Notes: generated by a model from the letters alone, not told the origin. Shown: positions 43,958 through 53,564, counted from the first letter of the stretch. The stretch is 64,000 bases of DNA from an uncultured Clostridia bacterium (GCA_945868505.1 CAMBLO010000004.1:45063-109062), one strand, 5' to 3'. Numbers and translations are program-made.

Positions 43958-45046
43958 ATGGAAGAATTTTATCTGATGTGGTTATCCCGTGTAGAGGGAA
44001 TCGGCTTTAAACGGGCAAATCAGCTTTTGGAACACTTCGGCAGTGCAGAAGCCATCTGGCACGCAGAACCCGCAGAGATCAGACGGGTCCTTCCCGATAA
44101 GATGGGGGAAGTCCTCCTCACATCCAGAGACGAGGACCAGCTCAATGAATGGATCATCGAACTGGAGGAGAAGCAGATCGATTTCTATTCCTACTGGCAT
44201 CCCCGTTATCCAAAACTGCTACGGGAAATTTGCAGTCCCCCTCTGGGTATCTATGTAAGAGGTGAACTACCCGATGATGAAATTGATACCGTTGCTATCA
44301 TAGGGGCGAGAAAATGTTCTCGTTACGGGGCAACGGTTGCCTACCAAATTGCCAAGGATTTGGGAAAGACGAATATCATCGTTGTCAGCGGTATGGCCCG
44401 CGGAATTGACAGCGAAGGGCATAAAGGCATTTTGGACGGCGGCGGAAAAACCATTGCAGTCTTGGGCTGCGGGGTGGATATCTGCTACCCTCCGGAAAAT
44501 CGGGAATTGATGGAACGCATCATCCAAAACGGCTGCATCCTTTCTGAATACCCGCCGGGTATGCCGGCAGTTCCCGGTAATTTCCCGGCAAGAAACCGCA
44601 TCATTGCAGGCCTGAGCAAAATGGTGGTCGTTGTGGAAGCGGGAAAGAAGAGCGGCACCCTCATCACGGCGGATATGGCACTGGAATACGGCAGAGATGT
44701 TTATGTGGTTCCAGGAAATGTCACCAGTGCATTGAGTTATGGCACAAATGCCCTCATCAAACAGGGCTGTCCGATCATTACAGAGGGGAAAGATATCCTG
44801 ATTTCATTGGGAATCGCTTATAATAAAGAAGAAAAAGAAAAGTTTAAGAGCAAAACTGCGGAGAATATTTCTGCGGAGGAGAAGGAAGTTTACAGCCTGA
44901 TCGAAGAGGACACGCCCATTTCGGCGGAAACCCTGTGCAGAAAGCTGCAAAAAGAAATTCAGGAAGTGCAATATATCTTATCTCTGCTGGAACTGTCCGG
45001 GTATATCGTAAAGATCCCCCAGGCAGGCTATGTCAGAGCAAGTTAA
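43958..45046 (+). CDS. dprA: DNA processing protein DprA (Smf)
   Basis: It has an N-terminal SAM/HhH-like region, a Rossmann-like core with SGMARGIDSEGH and GTLITA, and a C-terminal winged-helix-like region. The ATG at 43958 follows GGAAGGAG. Confidence 0.9.
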   Translation: MEEFYLMWLSRVEGIGFKRANQLLEHFGSAEAIWHAEPAEIRRVLPDKMGEVLLTSRDEDQLNEWIIELEEKQIDFYSYWHPRYPKLLREICSPPLGIYVRGELPDDEIDTVAIIGARKCSRYGATVAYQIAKDLGKTNIIVVSGMARGIDSEGHKGILDGGGKTIAVLGCGVDICYPPENRELMERIIQNGCILSEYPPGMPAVPGNFPARNRIIAGLSKMVVVVEAGKKSGTLITADMALEYGRDVYVVPGNVTSALSYGTNALIKQGCPIITEGKDILISLGIAYNKEEKEKFKSKTAENISAEEKEVYSLIEEDTPISAETLCRKLQKEIQEVQYILSLLELSGYIVKIPQAGYVRAS

Positions 45047-47240
45047 AATAGAGGTGATCAGTTTGGCAAAAACAGCCACAACAGAAAAAAAGAAAACAAC
45101 AGAAAAGAAGCCGAAAACCAAGAAAGCAACGGCGAAAAAAGCTGCAAAAACAGGGAAGAAATACTTGGTAATCGTGGAATCTCCTGCGAAGGCTGCCACC
45201 ATCGGCAAGTTTTTAGGGAGCAATTACAAAATTGAGGCATCCATGGGCCATGTCCGTGATATGCCAAAAAGCCAGATGGGCATTGATTTTGACAATGACT
45301 TTGAACCGAAATACATCACCATCCGCGGGAAGGGGGAGCTTTTGAGCAAGCTGCGCAAGGATGCAAAGGCTGCTGATAAAGTATATCTGGCAACTGACCC
45401 GGACCGTGAAGGGGAAGCCATCAGTTGGCATCTGCTTCACGCCCTCAACCTCGGCGATGAAAAACCCATCAGCCGTATCACATTTAACGAAATCACAAAA
45501 ACAGCAGTGAAAAAATCCATCACAGAAGCCAGAGACATCGACATGGATTTGGTAGATGCCCAGCAGGCTCGCCGTGTTCTGGACAGAGTGGTAGGCTATA
45601 CCATCAGTGACCTGCTTTGGAAAAAGGTGAAAAAAGGCCTCAGCGGCGGTCGTGTGCAGTCCGTTGCCCTGCGGCTAATCTGTGATAGAGAAGATGAGAT
45701 CAGAGATTTCATTCCCGAAGAATACTGGACATTGGGTGCCAAGCTGAAGGATACAGACGGAAAGGGGTTCGAAGCAAAATTCTATGGCAAGGGTAACGAA
45801 AAAATGGAGCTTGCCAATGAAGCAGAAACTAATGAAGTGCTGGCAGGTCTGGAAGGAAAGGATTTCGAGATCACAGAAGTAAAAACCGGCAGCAGACAGA
45901 AAAAGCCCGTTGCACCTTTTACTACAAGTACCATGCAACAGGAGGCCAGCAAACACCTGAACATGGCGACCCAGAAAACCATGATGATTGCACAGCAGCT
46001 TTATGAAGGCGTCAATGTGAAAGGGGAAGGGACTGTAGGTCTGGTTTCCTACATCCGTACCGACTCCTTCCGTATTTCTGATGAAGCCTATGATGCAGCA
46101 GTGGCATTCATCAAGGACGCTTACGGAGAAGAATTTGTGAATCCCGAACGTATTGTCTACAAATCCAAGGGGAAAACCCAGGATGCTCACGAAGCCATCC
46201 GCCCCACAAATGTAAACAGAACTCCTGACAGCATCAAGGATTCTTTGTCCAAGGATCAGTATCGTCTGTATAAGCTGATTTGGGAACGCTTTGTTGCCAG
46301 CCAGATGAGCCCTGCATTGTATGATACCCTTTCTGTCAAGCTGATAGCAGGGGATTACAGCTTCCGTGCCTCCGGTTCCAGACTGCGCTTTGCAGGTTTC
46401 TTGGAGGTTTATAACAAAGGAGAGGAAGAGGATGAAAAGGTCATCCCCAAACTGACGGAAGGGGATAAGTTGACGGCTGAGAAACTGCTACCCGAACAGC
46501 ATTTCACACAGCCCCCCGCAAGATATACCGATGCTTCTTTAATCAAAACACTGGAAGAAATCGGCGTCGGCAGACCTTCCACCTATGCGCCTACCTTGAC
46601 AACCATTCAGGCTCGCCATTATGTGACAAAGGAAGCGAAAAACCTTTTCCCCACAGAATTGGGGGAACTGGTAGACGATATTATGAAAGGTTATTTCCCT
46701 GATATCGTGGATATCGACTTCACAGCCCACATGGAGGAACGTCTGGATGATGTGGAAATGGGCAAGGAGGAATGGAAGCAGATTATCCGTGATTTCTACC
46801 CCGGATTTAAAGAAAGCGTGGAAAACGCTGCGGAAAAACTGGAAAAAATCGAGATTAAGGATGAGGAAAGTGATGTTATCTGCGAAAAATGCGGCAGAAA
46901 CATGGTCATCAAATACGGAAGATATGGCAAATTCCTGGCATGTCCCGGTTTCCCTGAATGCCAGAATGCAAAGCCTTATTTCGAAGAAGCAGGGGTAAAC
47001 TGCCCCGAATGCGGCGGCAAAGTTCTGATCAAGAAAACGAAAAAAGGCCGTGTTTATTACGGCTGCGAACATAACCCGGACGAATGCAGTTTCATGAGCT
47101 GGAACAAGCCTACCGGAGAGAAATGCCCCAGATGCGGCTCTTTTCTGGAAGAAAAGGGCAGAAAGAACCCTAAAATCGTATGTTCCAATGAAAAATGCGG
47201 CTTTGTGCAGGAAAAACCAGCGGAAGAAGACGCAGAATAA
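45030..47240 (+). CDS. topA: DNA topoisomerase I (type IA)
   Basis: It has the Toprim motif LVIVESPAKA, DPDREGEAISWH, the catalytic-Tyr region (GLVSYIRTDS) and three C-terminal Cys4 zinc ribbons. The start is uncertain. ATG 45030 gives a ~45-aa Lys-rich extension and a 17-nt overlap with dprA. TTG 45166 is a possible alternative. Confidence 0.9.
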   Translation: MSEQVKIEVISLAKTATTEKKKTTEKKPKTKKATAKKAAKTGKKYLVIVESPAKAATIGKFLGSNYKIEASMGHVRDMPKSQMGIDFDNDFEPKYITIRGKGELLSKLRKDAKAADKVYLATDPDREGEAISWHLLHALNLGDEKPISRITFNEITKTAVKKSITEARDIDMDLVDAQQARRVLDRVVGYTISDLLWKKVKKGLSGGRVQSVALRLICDREDEIRDFIPEEYWTLGAKLKDTDGKGFEAKFYGKGNEKMELANEAETNEVLAGLEGKDFEITEVKTGSRQKKPVAPFTTSTMQQEASKHLNMATQKTMMIAQQLYEGVNVKGEGTVGLVSYIRTDSFRISDEAYDAAVAFIKDAYGEEFVNPERIVYKSKGKTQDAHEAIRPTNVNRTPDSIKDSLSKDQYRLYKLIWERFVASQMSPALYDTLSVKLIAGDYSFRASGSRLRFAGFLEVYNKGEEEDEKVIPKLTEGDKLTAEKLLPEQHFTQPPARYTDASLIKTLEEIGVGRPSTYAPTLTTIQARHYVTKEAKNLFPTELGELVDDIMKGYFPDIVDIDFTAHMEERLDDVEMGKEEWKQIIRDFYPGFKESVENAAEKLEKIEIKDEESDVICEKCGRNMVIKYGRYGKFLACPGFPECQNAKPYFEEAGVNCPECGGKVLIKKTKKGRVYYGCEHNPDECSFMSWNKPTGEKCPRCGSFLEEKGRKNPKIVCSNEKCGFVQEKPAEEDAE

Positions 47241-47254
47241 TTTGAAATGAAAAG

Positions 47255-47310
47255 AACAACTATTTTTTCTCAAATTTTTTCAAAAAATAGAGGAAAAATA
47301 GTTGTTTTTT
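47255..47310 (+). terminator. Rho-independent terminator after topA
   Basis: aacaactattttt (47255-67) pairs perfectly with aaaaatagttgtt (47294-306), followed by a T run to 47310. An alternative inner 3' arm (aaaaaatag) is present. Confidence 0.65.
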
Positions 47311-47330
47311 GGTTTTAGCTGTGCTATAAT
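47302..47330 (+). promoter_or_regulatory. Candidate sigma-A promoter (extended -10) for rpsB-tsf
   Basis: TTGTTT (47302-07), a 17-nt spacer containing TG at 47322-23, then TATAAT (47325-30). This gives a ~105-nt leader before rpsB. Confidence 0.5.
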
Positions 47331-47440
47331 CCCATAGGTAACTTTTAGTACACACGCATCCTAAGAGAGAGGATTGGTGCTGACAAGGGTCAGTTATCCT
47401 GCTGAAAGGATGCGGAGGATGAACCAATAGGAGGTGCGCT

Positions 47441-48157
47441 ATGAGCGTAATTTCAATGAAACAGTTATTAGAAGCTGGTGTACACTTTGGTCACCAGACA
47501 AGAAGATGGAACCCTAAAATGGCTGAATACATCTTCGCAGAAAGAAACGGCATCTACATCATCGACCTGCAGAAAACAGTAAAAAAGGTTGATGAAGCTT
47601 ATGCAGCAATCTGCAACTGCATCGCAGAAGGCGGCGAAATCCTGTTCGTAGGTACAAAGAAACAGGCACAGGAATGCATCCGTGAAGAAGCTGAAAGATG
47701 CGGCATGTACTACGTTAACCAGAGATGGCTGGGTGGTATGCTGACAAACTTCACAACAATCAAAACAAGAATCGCTAGACTGAAAGATCTGGAAAAAATG
47801 CAGGAAGACGGTACATTCGAAGTACTGCCCAAAAAAGAAGTTGCAAAACTGATGCACGAAATGGAAAAACTGCAGAAAAACGTTGGCGGTATCAAGGAAA
47901 TGAAAAAAGTTCCCGATATGATGTTCATCGTTGACACAAGAAAAGAAAGAATCGCTGTTCAGGAAGCTCACACACTGGGTATCCCTACAGTAGCTATCGT
48001 AGATACAAACTGCGATCCCGATGAAATCGATTACGTAATCCCCGGTAACGACGACGCTATCCGTGCGGTAAAACTGATCGCTTCCAAAGTAGCTGACGCT
48101 GTTCTGGAATCCAAACAGGGTGAACAGGAAACAGCTGAAACAGTAGAAGCTGAATAA
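47441..48157 (+). CDS. rpsB: 30S ribosomal protein S2
   Basis: [27 protein letters not shown]... is the canonical S2 N-terminus. A strong SD (AGGAGGT) is present. Confidence 0.97.
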   Translation: MSVISMKQLLEAGVHFGHQTRRWNPKMAEYIFAERNGIYIIDLQKTVKKVDEAYAAICNCIAEGGEILFVGTKKQAQECIREEAERCGMYYVNQRWLGGMLTNFTTIKTRIARLKDLEKMQEDGTFEVLPKKEVAKLMHEMEKLQKNVGGIKEMKKVPDMMFIVDTRKERIAVQEAHTLGIPTVAIVDTNCDPDEIDYVIPGNDDAIRAVKLIASKVADAVLESKQGEQETAETVEAE

Positions 48158-48177
48158 TTTTAAAAAGGCATTTGCCC

Positions 48178-48216
48178 GAGCTTCAGCCTAAAACGGGCTG
48201 AAGCTCTTTCTTTTTT
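48178..48216 (+). terminator. Hairpin with a T run after rpsB (probably a partial terminator within the rpsB-tsf operon)
   Basis: gagcttcagcc (48178-88) pairs perfectly with ggctgaagctc (48196-206), followed by tttctttttt. Confidence 0.7.
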
Positions 48217-48235
48217 GATAAAGCTCCAAAATTGA

Positions 48236-48320
48236 TTTGCGGAGCAAATATCATAGTCCGAAGGACTGTGAACCCGTAAGGGCAATTGGAGTAAGGCGGA
48301 GCCTTACGAATACTTTTTCA
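48236..48320 (+). repeat. Intergenic ~85-nt repeat, copy 1 (candidate structured RNA element)
   Basis: By eye it is ~80% identical to 60282-60363, in the same orientation. The shared core is agcaaatatcata-N-tccg-N-aggactgtgaa-N-ccgt-N-agggcaa. The terminal hairpin is gtaagg/ccttac (48291-48307), followed by gaatac and T5. Confidence 0.7.
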
Positions 48321-48350
48321 TAAAACAACTGGAATATGGAGGGAAAAAAC

Positions 48351-49283
48351 ATGGCTATTACAGCAGCAATGGTAAAAGAACTGAGAGAAATGACAGGCGC
48401 AGGCATGATGGACTGCAAAAAAGCTCTGACAGAAGCTGACGGCAACATGGAAAAAGCAGTAGAACTGCTGAGAGAAAAAGGTCTGGCTGCATCTGCGAAA
48501 AAAGCTGGCCGTATCGCTTCCGAAGGTATGGTTGAAGTATTCCTGAGCAACGACAACAAGATCGGTGCTATCGTTGAAGTTAACTCCGAAACAGACTTCG
48601 TTGCAAAGAACCAGGTATTCAGAGATTATGTTGCAGCAGTTGCAAAACAGGCTTCTGAAACAACAGCAGCAGATATGGATACTTTCTTCGAAGAAAAATG
48701 GGCTCTGGATCCTCAGTTTACAGTAAAAGAAGCTCTGTCTCAGCAGGTAGCTGTTATCGGCGAAAACCTGAACATCAGACGTTTCGAAAAATACGAAAAA
48801 GCACAGGCTGGTAAACTGGTTTCCTACATCCACGGCGGCGGCAGAATCGGTGTTCTGATTGAACTGGCTTGCGAAAACGAAGCAGAAGAACTGGTTGAAC
48901 TGGGTAAAAACATTGCAATGCAGATCGCAGCTCTGAACCCTAAATTTATCGCAGAAAAAGATGTCCCCGCTGATTTCATCGCAAAAGAAACAGAAATCCT
49001 GACAGTACAGGCTAAGAACGATCCTAAAAACGCTAAGAAACCCGACAACATCATCGCTAAGATGATCGAAGGCAGACTGAAAAAAGAACTGAAAGAATTC
49101 TGTCTGGTTGAACAGCCCTACGTAAAAGATACAGATATGTCCGTAAAACAGTACATTGATTCTGTAGCAAAAGTAGTTGGCGCTCCCATCGAAATCACAA
49201 GATATGTTCGTTTCGAAACAGGCGAAGGCATGGAAAAGAAAGAAGAAAACTTTGCGGATGAAGTTGCAAAAGCAATGAACTAA
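48351..49283 (+). CDS. tsf: Translation elongation factor Ts
   Basis: The N-terminus is MAITAAMVKELREMTGAGMMDCKKALTEADGNMEKAVELLREKG (UBA-like), followed by the EF-Ts dimerisation core. The ATG at 48351 follows GGAGGG. Confidence 0.97.
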   Translation: MAITAAMVKELREMTGAGMMDCKKALTEADGNMEKAVELLREKGLAASAKKAGRIASEGMVEVFLSNDNKIGAIVEVNSETDFVAKNQVFRDYVAAVAKQASETTAADMDTFFEEKWALDPQFTVKEALSQQVAVIGENLNIRRFEKYEKAQAGKLVSYIHGGGRIGVLIELACENEAEELVELGKNIAMQIAALNPKFIAEKDVPADFIAKETEILTVQAKNDPKNAKKPDNIIAKMIEGRLKKELKEFCLVEQPYVKDTDMSVKQYIDSVAKVVGAPIEITRYVRFETGEGMEKKEENFADEVAKAMN

Positions 49284-49311
49284 TCAGTAAACGGATACGC
49301 TTTTAAAAATG

Positions 49312-49369
49312 AAAAGGAAACGCTTATGAGCAGTGCGGCAAAGCCGACACCCCAAGCGTTTCCTTTTTT
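49312..49369 (+). terminator. Rho-independent terminator after tsf
   Basis: aaaaggaaacgctt (49312-25) pairs with aagcgtttcctttt (49354-67), followed by a T run. The loop is long (28 nt) and has an internal hairpin. Confidence 0.65.
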
Positions 49370-49465
49370 ACAGGACTTTTTCCATACATTTGGGTCGGAA
49401 GAGAAAATAAGGTGGAAATTTTTTGTGATTTGTGTTACATTAGAAAGGTAAGGAGGCTGTGAAAA

Positions 49466-50170
49466 ATGTATAAGAGAATTGTGCTGAAATTGAGTGGTGA
49501 AGCTTTGGCCGGCGAAAAGAAAGGCGTGACCTTTGATGATACAGTAATCTGGAGCCTGATCGATCAGATCAAGGCAGTAATGGCAAAGGGGACACAGGTT
49601 TCTCTCGTGGTCGGCGGCGGCAATTTCTGGAGGGGCAGAAGTGCGGATTCCAATATGGATCGTACAAAGGCAGACCAGATCGGCATGCTGGCAACTGTTA
49701 TGAATGCCATTTATGTGGCTGATGCATTCCGTCAGAATGGCATCAAAGCATTCGTACAGACACCTATTATGATTGGCACGATGACAGAACAGTTTTCCAA
49801 GGAAAGTGCCATCGCACATTTGGAAAAGGGCGAAGTAGTCATCTTCGCAGCTGGTATGGGTCATCCCTTCTTCTCTACAGATACGATCACAGCTTTGAGA
49901 GGCGCAGAATTGGATGTAGACGGTCTGTTCTTTGCAAAGAGCATTGATGGTGTGTATGATGACGACCCTGCCATCAACCCCAATGCAAAGAAGATCGATA
50001 TCATCAAAGCGGAAGACATCGTGAAAAACAACCTGAAAGTCATCGATATGGCAGCCGCAAATCTTTGCTTTGAACGCAAGATTCCTGTTATCATCTTCGG
50101 CCTGAATGAAGAAAACAGCATCATCCGTGCGGTGAGCGGCGAAAAGATCGGTACGATTGTAACCGTTTAA
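49466..50170 (+). CDS. pyrH: UMP kinase
   Basis: The N-terminus is MYKRIVLKLSGEAL, with GGGNFWRG and the amino-acid kinase fold motifs. Confidence 0.95.
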   Translation: MYKRIVLKLSGEALAGEKKGVTFDDTVIWSLIDQIKAVMAKGTQVSLVVGGGNFWRGRSADSNMDRTKADQIGMLATVMNAIYVADAFRQNGIKAFVQTPIMIGTMTEQFSKESAIAHLEKGEVVIFAAGMGHPFFSTDTITALRGAELDVDGLFFAKSIDGVYDDDPAINPNAKKIDIIKAEDIVKNNLKVIDMAAANLCFERKIPVIIFGLNEENSIIRAVSGEKIGTIVTV

Positions 50171-50200
50171 AGATTTTGTTATCACAGGAGGAATAGAATT

Positions 50201-50758
50201 ATGGCATCTGAACTGACAAAACCTTATGAAGAAAAAATGAAAAAAACACTGGCAGCTCTGGACAGTGATTACAGCACAATCCGCGCTGGCCGTGCAAACC
50301 CTCATGTTCTGGATAAGATCACAGTGGAATATTACGGTACACCTACACCCTTGAATCAGGTTGGTAACATTTCTGTTCCCGAACCTCGTCTGCTGCAGAT
50401 TCAGCCTTGGGATACATCCCTGCTGAAAGCCATCGAAAAAGCCATCAATATGTCTGAATTGGGCATCAACCCCAACAACGATGGTAAAGTGATCCGTCTG
50501 GTATTCCCTGAACTGACAGAAGAAAGACGTAAAGAGCTGACAAAAGACGTTAAGAAAAAAGCAGAAGCTTCTAAAGTTGCAATCAGAAACATCAGAAGAG
50601 ACGCTATGGATTCTTTTAAAAAGGCAGAAAAAGCGAAAGAACTCACGGAAGATCAGCTGAAAGATCTGGAAGAAGAAACACAGAAACTGACAGATAAATA
50701 TGTTGCTGAAATCGACACAAAAGCTGAAGCAAAAAGTAAGGATATCCTTACCGTATAA
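50201..50758 (+). CDS. frr: Ribosome recycling factor
   Basis: The 185-aa protein has [27 protein letters not shown] and [11 protein letters not shown]. Confidence 0.95.
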   Translation: MASELTKPYEEKMKKTLAALDSDYSTIRAGRANPHVLDKITVEYYGTPTPLNQVGNISVPEPRLLQIQPWDTSLLKAIEKAINMSELGINPNNDGKVIRLVFPELTEERRKELTKDVKKKAEASKVAIRNIRRDAMDSFKKAEKAKELTEDQLKDLEEETQKLTDKYVAEIDTKAEAKSKDILTV

Positions 50759-50774
50759 TCATCGGAATATCCAT

Positions 50775-50803
50775 GCCCCTCTTCTTCGGAGAGGGGCTTT
50801 GTT
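50775..50803 (+). terminator. Weak hairpin after frr (possible attenuating terminator)
   Basis: gcccctc (50775-81) pairs with gaggggc (50791-97), followed by tttgtt. Confidence 0.35.
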
Positions 50804-50817
50804 ACAGGGAGGCAATT

Positions 50818-51564
50818 ATGTTTTTTGGAAAAGAAACCAGCTCCTATGAGCTGAATCCCGATAAAATGCCCAAGCATATCGCCATCATCATGGATGGTAA
50901 CGGCAGATGGGCAACAAAGCGTTCCCTGCCCAGAAAGGCAGGCCATAAAGCCGGTGCGGAAGCATTGGAAAAAATCATTTACGCAGCAAAGGATATGGGG
51001 TTGGAGCATCTGACTGTTTATGCTTTTTCTACGGAAAACTGGAAACGCTCCGAAGAAGAGGTTGGAGCCATCATGGATCTGCTGCGGATGTATCTGAAAA
51101 ACTACTTCAAGAAATTCCTGAAGGATAACGTTCGTATGGATGTCATCGGTGATATCACTCGTTTGGACAAGGATATTCAGGAAAGTATTCTGGAAATCGA
51201 AGAAATTTCCAAGGAAAAGACAGGTCTTTTCGTCCATATTGCCCTGAACTATGGGGGAAGGGATGAACTGCGCCGTGCCGTAGGGAAGATTGCAGAAGAT
51301 GTGGCGGCAGGCGAGCTGAATCCTACTGATATCACAGAGGATGTGATTACCAATGCACTGGATACAGCAGGTACCCCTGACCCGGAACTGATGATTCGTA
51401 CCAGTGGGGAAGAACGTATCAGCAATTTCCTGTTGTGGCAGATTGCTTATTCCGAATTCTACTTCTCCGAAGTGCTTTGGCCTGATTTTGATAAAAAAGA
51501 ATTGGAAAAAGCCATCTATTATTACCAGAATAGAGAACGTCGTTTTGGCGGCAGGCTGAAATGA
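50818..51564 (+). CDS. uppS: Undecaprenyl diphosphate synthase (cis-prenyltransferase)
   Basis: It has HIAIIMDGNGRWA, FSTENWKR and the RTSGEERISNFLLWQ motif. The ATG at 50818 follows GGGAGG. Confidence 0.93.
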   Translation: MFFGKETSSYELNPDKMPKHIAIIMDGNGRWATKRSLPRKAGHKAGAEALEKIIYAAKDMGLEHLTVYAFSTENWKRSEEEVGAIMDLLRMYLKNYFKKFLKDNVRMDVIGDITRLDKDIQESILEIEEISKEKTGLFVHIALNYGGRDELRRAVGKIAEDVAAGELNPTDITEDVITNALDTAGTPDPELMIRTSGEERISNFLLWQIAYSEFYFSEVLWPDFDKKELEKAIYYYQNRERRFGGRLK

Positions 51565-51575
51565 GGTGACGCTGT

Positions 51576-52388
51576 ATGAAAACGAGAATCATTTCTGCAC
51601 TGGTGGCTTTGCCTCTGTTGATTTTTATCGTTGTCAACGGGGGCAACTGGCTTCATGTCGGTATCGGTATCTTGGGGCTGATTGGGATGCGTGAATTTTA
51701 CAGAGCATTTTCCAAGGAAACAAAGGGCTCAAATATCATTGGCTATCTCTTCGGGCTTTTCTATGTAGTTTTTATTGATAAGCTGATTTATGGCGGCAAT
51801 CTGTTCAGTGTCTTTGTTTCGGCTTTTTTGCTTGCTCTGCTGATCTACAGTGTGCTGCGCTATCAGCATACCAATAACAAAGAGATTACGACGGCGTTTT
51901 TTGGCTTTTTTTATGCCTGCTTCCTGCTGTCTCATGTCTATCTGATCCGTGAATATACCCACGGAAAGCTGCTCATCTGGCTGGTATTTATTACTGCTTT
52001 CGGCTGCGATACCGGTGCGTATTTTACAGGCTATTTCTTGGGCAAAAACAAGCTTTGTCCTGCACTAAGCCCCAAAAAGACTATCGAAGGTTCAATGGGC
52101 GGTGTGATTACAGCTACAGTACTGGCTGTCCTCTATGGTCTTTGGATCAATAGATACTATCCTTTGGATGGGGTCAATGTATTGCTTCTTTGTGGTTTGA
52201 CTGGGTTCTTCGGTTCTTTTCTGGCACAGATCGGCGATCTGGCGGCATCTTCCATCAAGCGACAGACAGGCATCAAAGACTATGGCAATCTGATGCCCGG
52301 TCATGGCGGTGTGCTGGATCGATTTGACAGTGTCATCCTGACAGCACCGGTGCTATACTATATCATGTTGTTCCTGATTCAGGTATAA
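51576..52388 (+). CDS. cdsA: Phosphatidate cytidylyltransferase
   Basis: A polytopic membrane protein with the CTP-transferase signature SSIKRQTGIKDYGNLMPGHGGVLDRFDS. Confidence 0.9.
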   Translation: MKTRIISALVALPLLIFIVVNGGNWLHVGIGILGLIGMREFYRAFSKETKGSNIIGYLFGLFYVVFIDKLIYGGNLFSVFVSAFLLALLIYSVLRYQHTNNKEITTAFFGFFYACFLLSHVYLIREYTHGKLLIWLVFITAFGCDTGAYFTGYFLGKNKLCPALSPKKTIEGSMGGVITATVLAVLYGLWINRYYPLDGVNVLLLCGLTGFFGSFLAQIGDLAASSIKRQTGIKDYGNLMPGHGGVLDRFDSVILTAPVLYYIMLFLIQV

Positions 52389-52409
52389 ACAATAAATGAA
52401 GGTGTAAGA

Positions 52410-53558
52410 ATGAGAAAAATTTCTATTTTAGGGTCTACTGGTTCCATTGGTACACAGACTCTGGAAGTAGTTGAAAATTTAGAAAATATCAAAGTCATGG
52501 CAATCACTGGCAACAGCAATATCGATCTGCTGGAACAGCAGGCAAGAAAATTTCGTCCTGAGCTGGTGGCTGTCATGGATGAAAAAAATGCGAAAATATT
52601 GCAGGATAGACTGGCGGATATGAATATTCGCATTGTCAGCGGCATGGATGGTCTGGTGGAAGCGGCTACTTACGAGGGCGTGGATACAGTTGTAACATCC
52701 GTTGTGGGCAACATTGGTTTGAAGCCTACCTTTGAAGCCATCCGTGCAGGAAAAAATATCGCTTTGGCCAATAAGGAAACGCTGGTTTCTGCCGGGCAGT
52801 TGGTTATGGACTTGGCGAAGAAGCATAAAATCAATATTTACCCTGTGGACAGTGAACATTCTGCCATTTTCCAGTCTTTGCAGGGAAATGCAGGCAATAA
52901 AATTCAGCGCATCCTGCTGACCGCTTCCGGTGGCCCCTTCCGTGGGAAAAAAAGAGAAGAACTGAAACATGTGACTGCGGCGGATGCATTGGCTCATCCA
53001 AACTGGAGCATGGGCAAAAAGATCACCATTGATTCTGCAACGCTAATGAATAAAGGCTTGGAAGTGATGGAGGCAAAATGGCTGTTCGACATAGATGTGG
53101 ACCAGATCGAAGTTCTGATCCATCCTCAGAGCATTGTCCATTCTGCCGTGGAATACGAAGATGGTGCCATCATAGCGCAGATGGGCGAGCCTGATATGCG
53201 CGTACCTATTCAGTATGCGCTGACTTATCCGAAGCGGGTGAAAAATCCTTTTCCTCGCATCGATTTTGCACAGCGCTGCAATTTAACCTTTGATAAACCT
53301 GACATGGATACATTCAAATGTCTGTCTTTGGCCTATCGTGCCTTGAAAATGGGAGGTACTTTGCCTGCGGTGTTGAATGGTGCCAATGAGGTGGCCGTTG
53401 CCCGCTTTTTGAAGGGGGAGATTTCCTTCCTGCAGATTCCCGAATTGATAGAACAGACGATGGATGCATATACTGTCAAATACGAATATACTTTGGAAGA
53501 TTTGCTGGAAGCAGACGCATGGGCAAAAGCCTATGCGAAAAAGGTAAGTTTCCGATAA
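52410..53558 (+). CDS. dxr: 1-deoxy-D-xylulose 5-phosphate reductoisomerase
   Basis: It has the N-terminal ILGSTGSIGTQTL, LANKE, DSEHSA and the NKGLE motif. Confidence 0.95.
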   Translation: MRKISILGSTGSIGTQTLEVVENLENIKVMAITGNSNIDLLEQQARKFRPELVAVMDEKNAKILQDRLADMNIRIVSGMDGLVEAATYEGVDTVVTSVVGNIGLKPTFEAIRAGKNIALANKETLVSAGQLVMDLAKKHKINIYPVDSEHSAIFQSLQGNAGNKIQRILLTASGGPFRGKKREELKHVTAADALAHPNWSMGKKITIDSATLMNKGLEVMEAKWLFDIDVDQIEVLIHPQSIVHSAVEYEDGAIIAQMGEPDMRVPIQYALTYPKRVKNPFPRIDFAQRCNLTFDKPDMDTFKCLSLAYRALKMGGTLPAVLNGANEVAVARFLKGEISFLQIPELIEQTMDAYTVKYEYTLEDLLEADAWAKAYAKKVSFR

Positions 53559-53564
53559 ATTTAT

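Noticed and set aside
42222-45046. comM and dprA lying near a type IV pilus locus, as evidence for a natural-competence regulon.
   Set aside because: dprA-topA and comM are widely conserved regardless of competence. They are 9 kb from the pil genes and separated from them by unrelated operons. No comEA or comEC is in the window.
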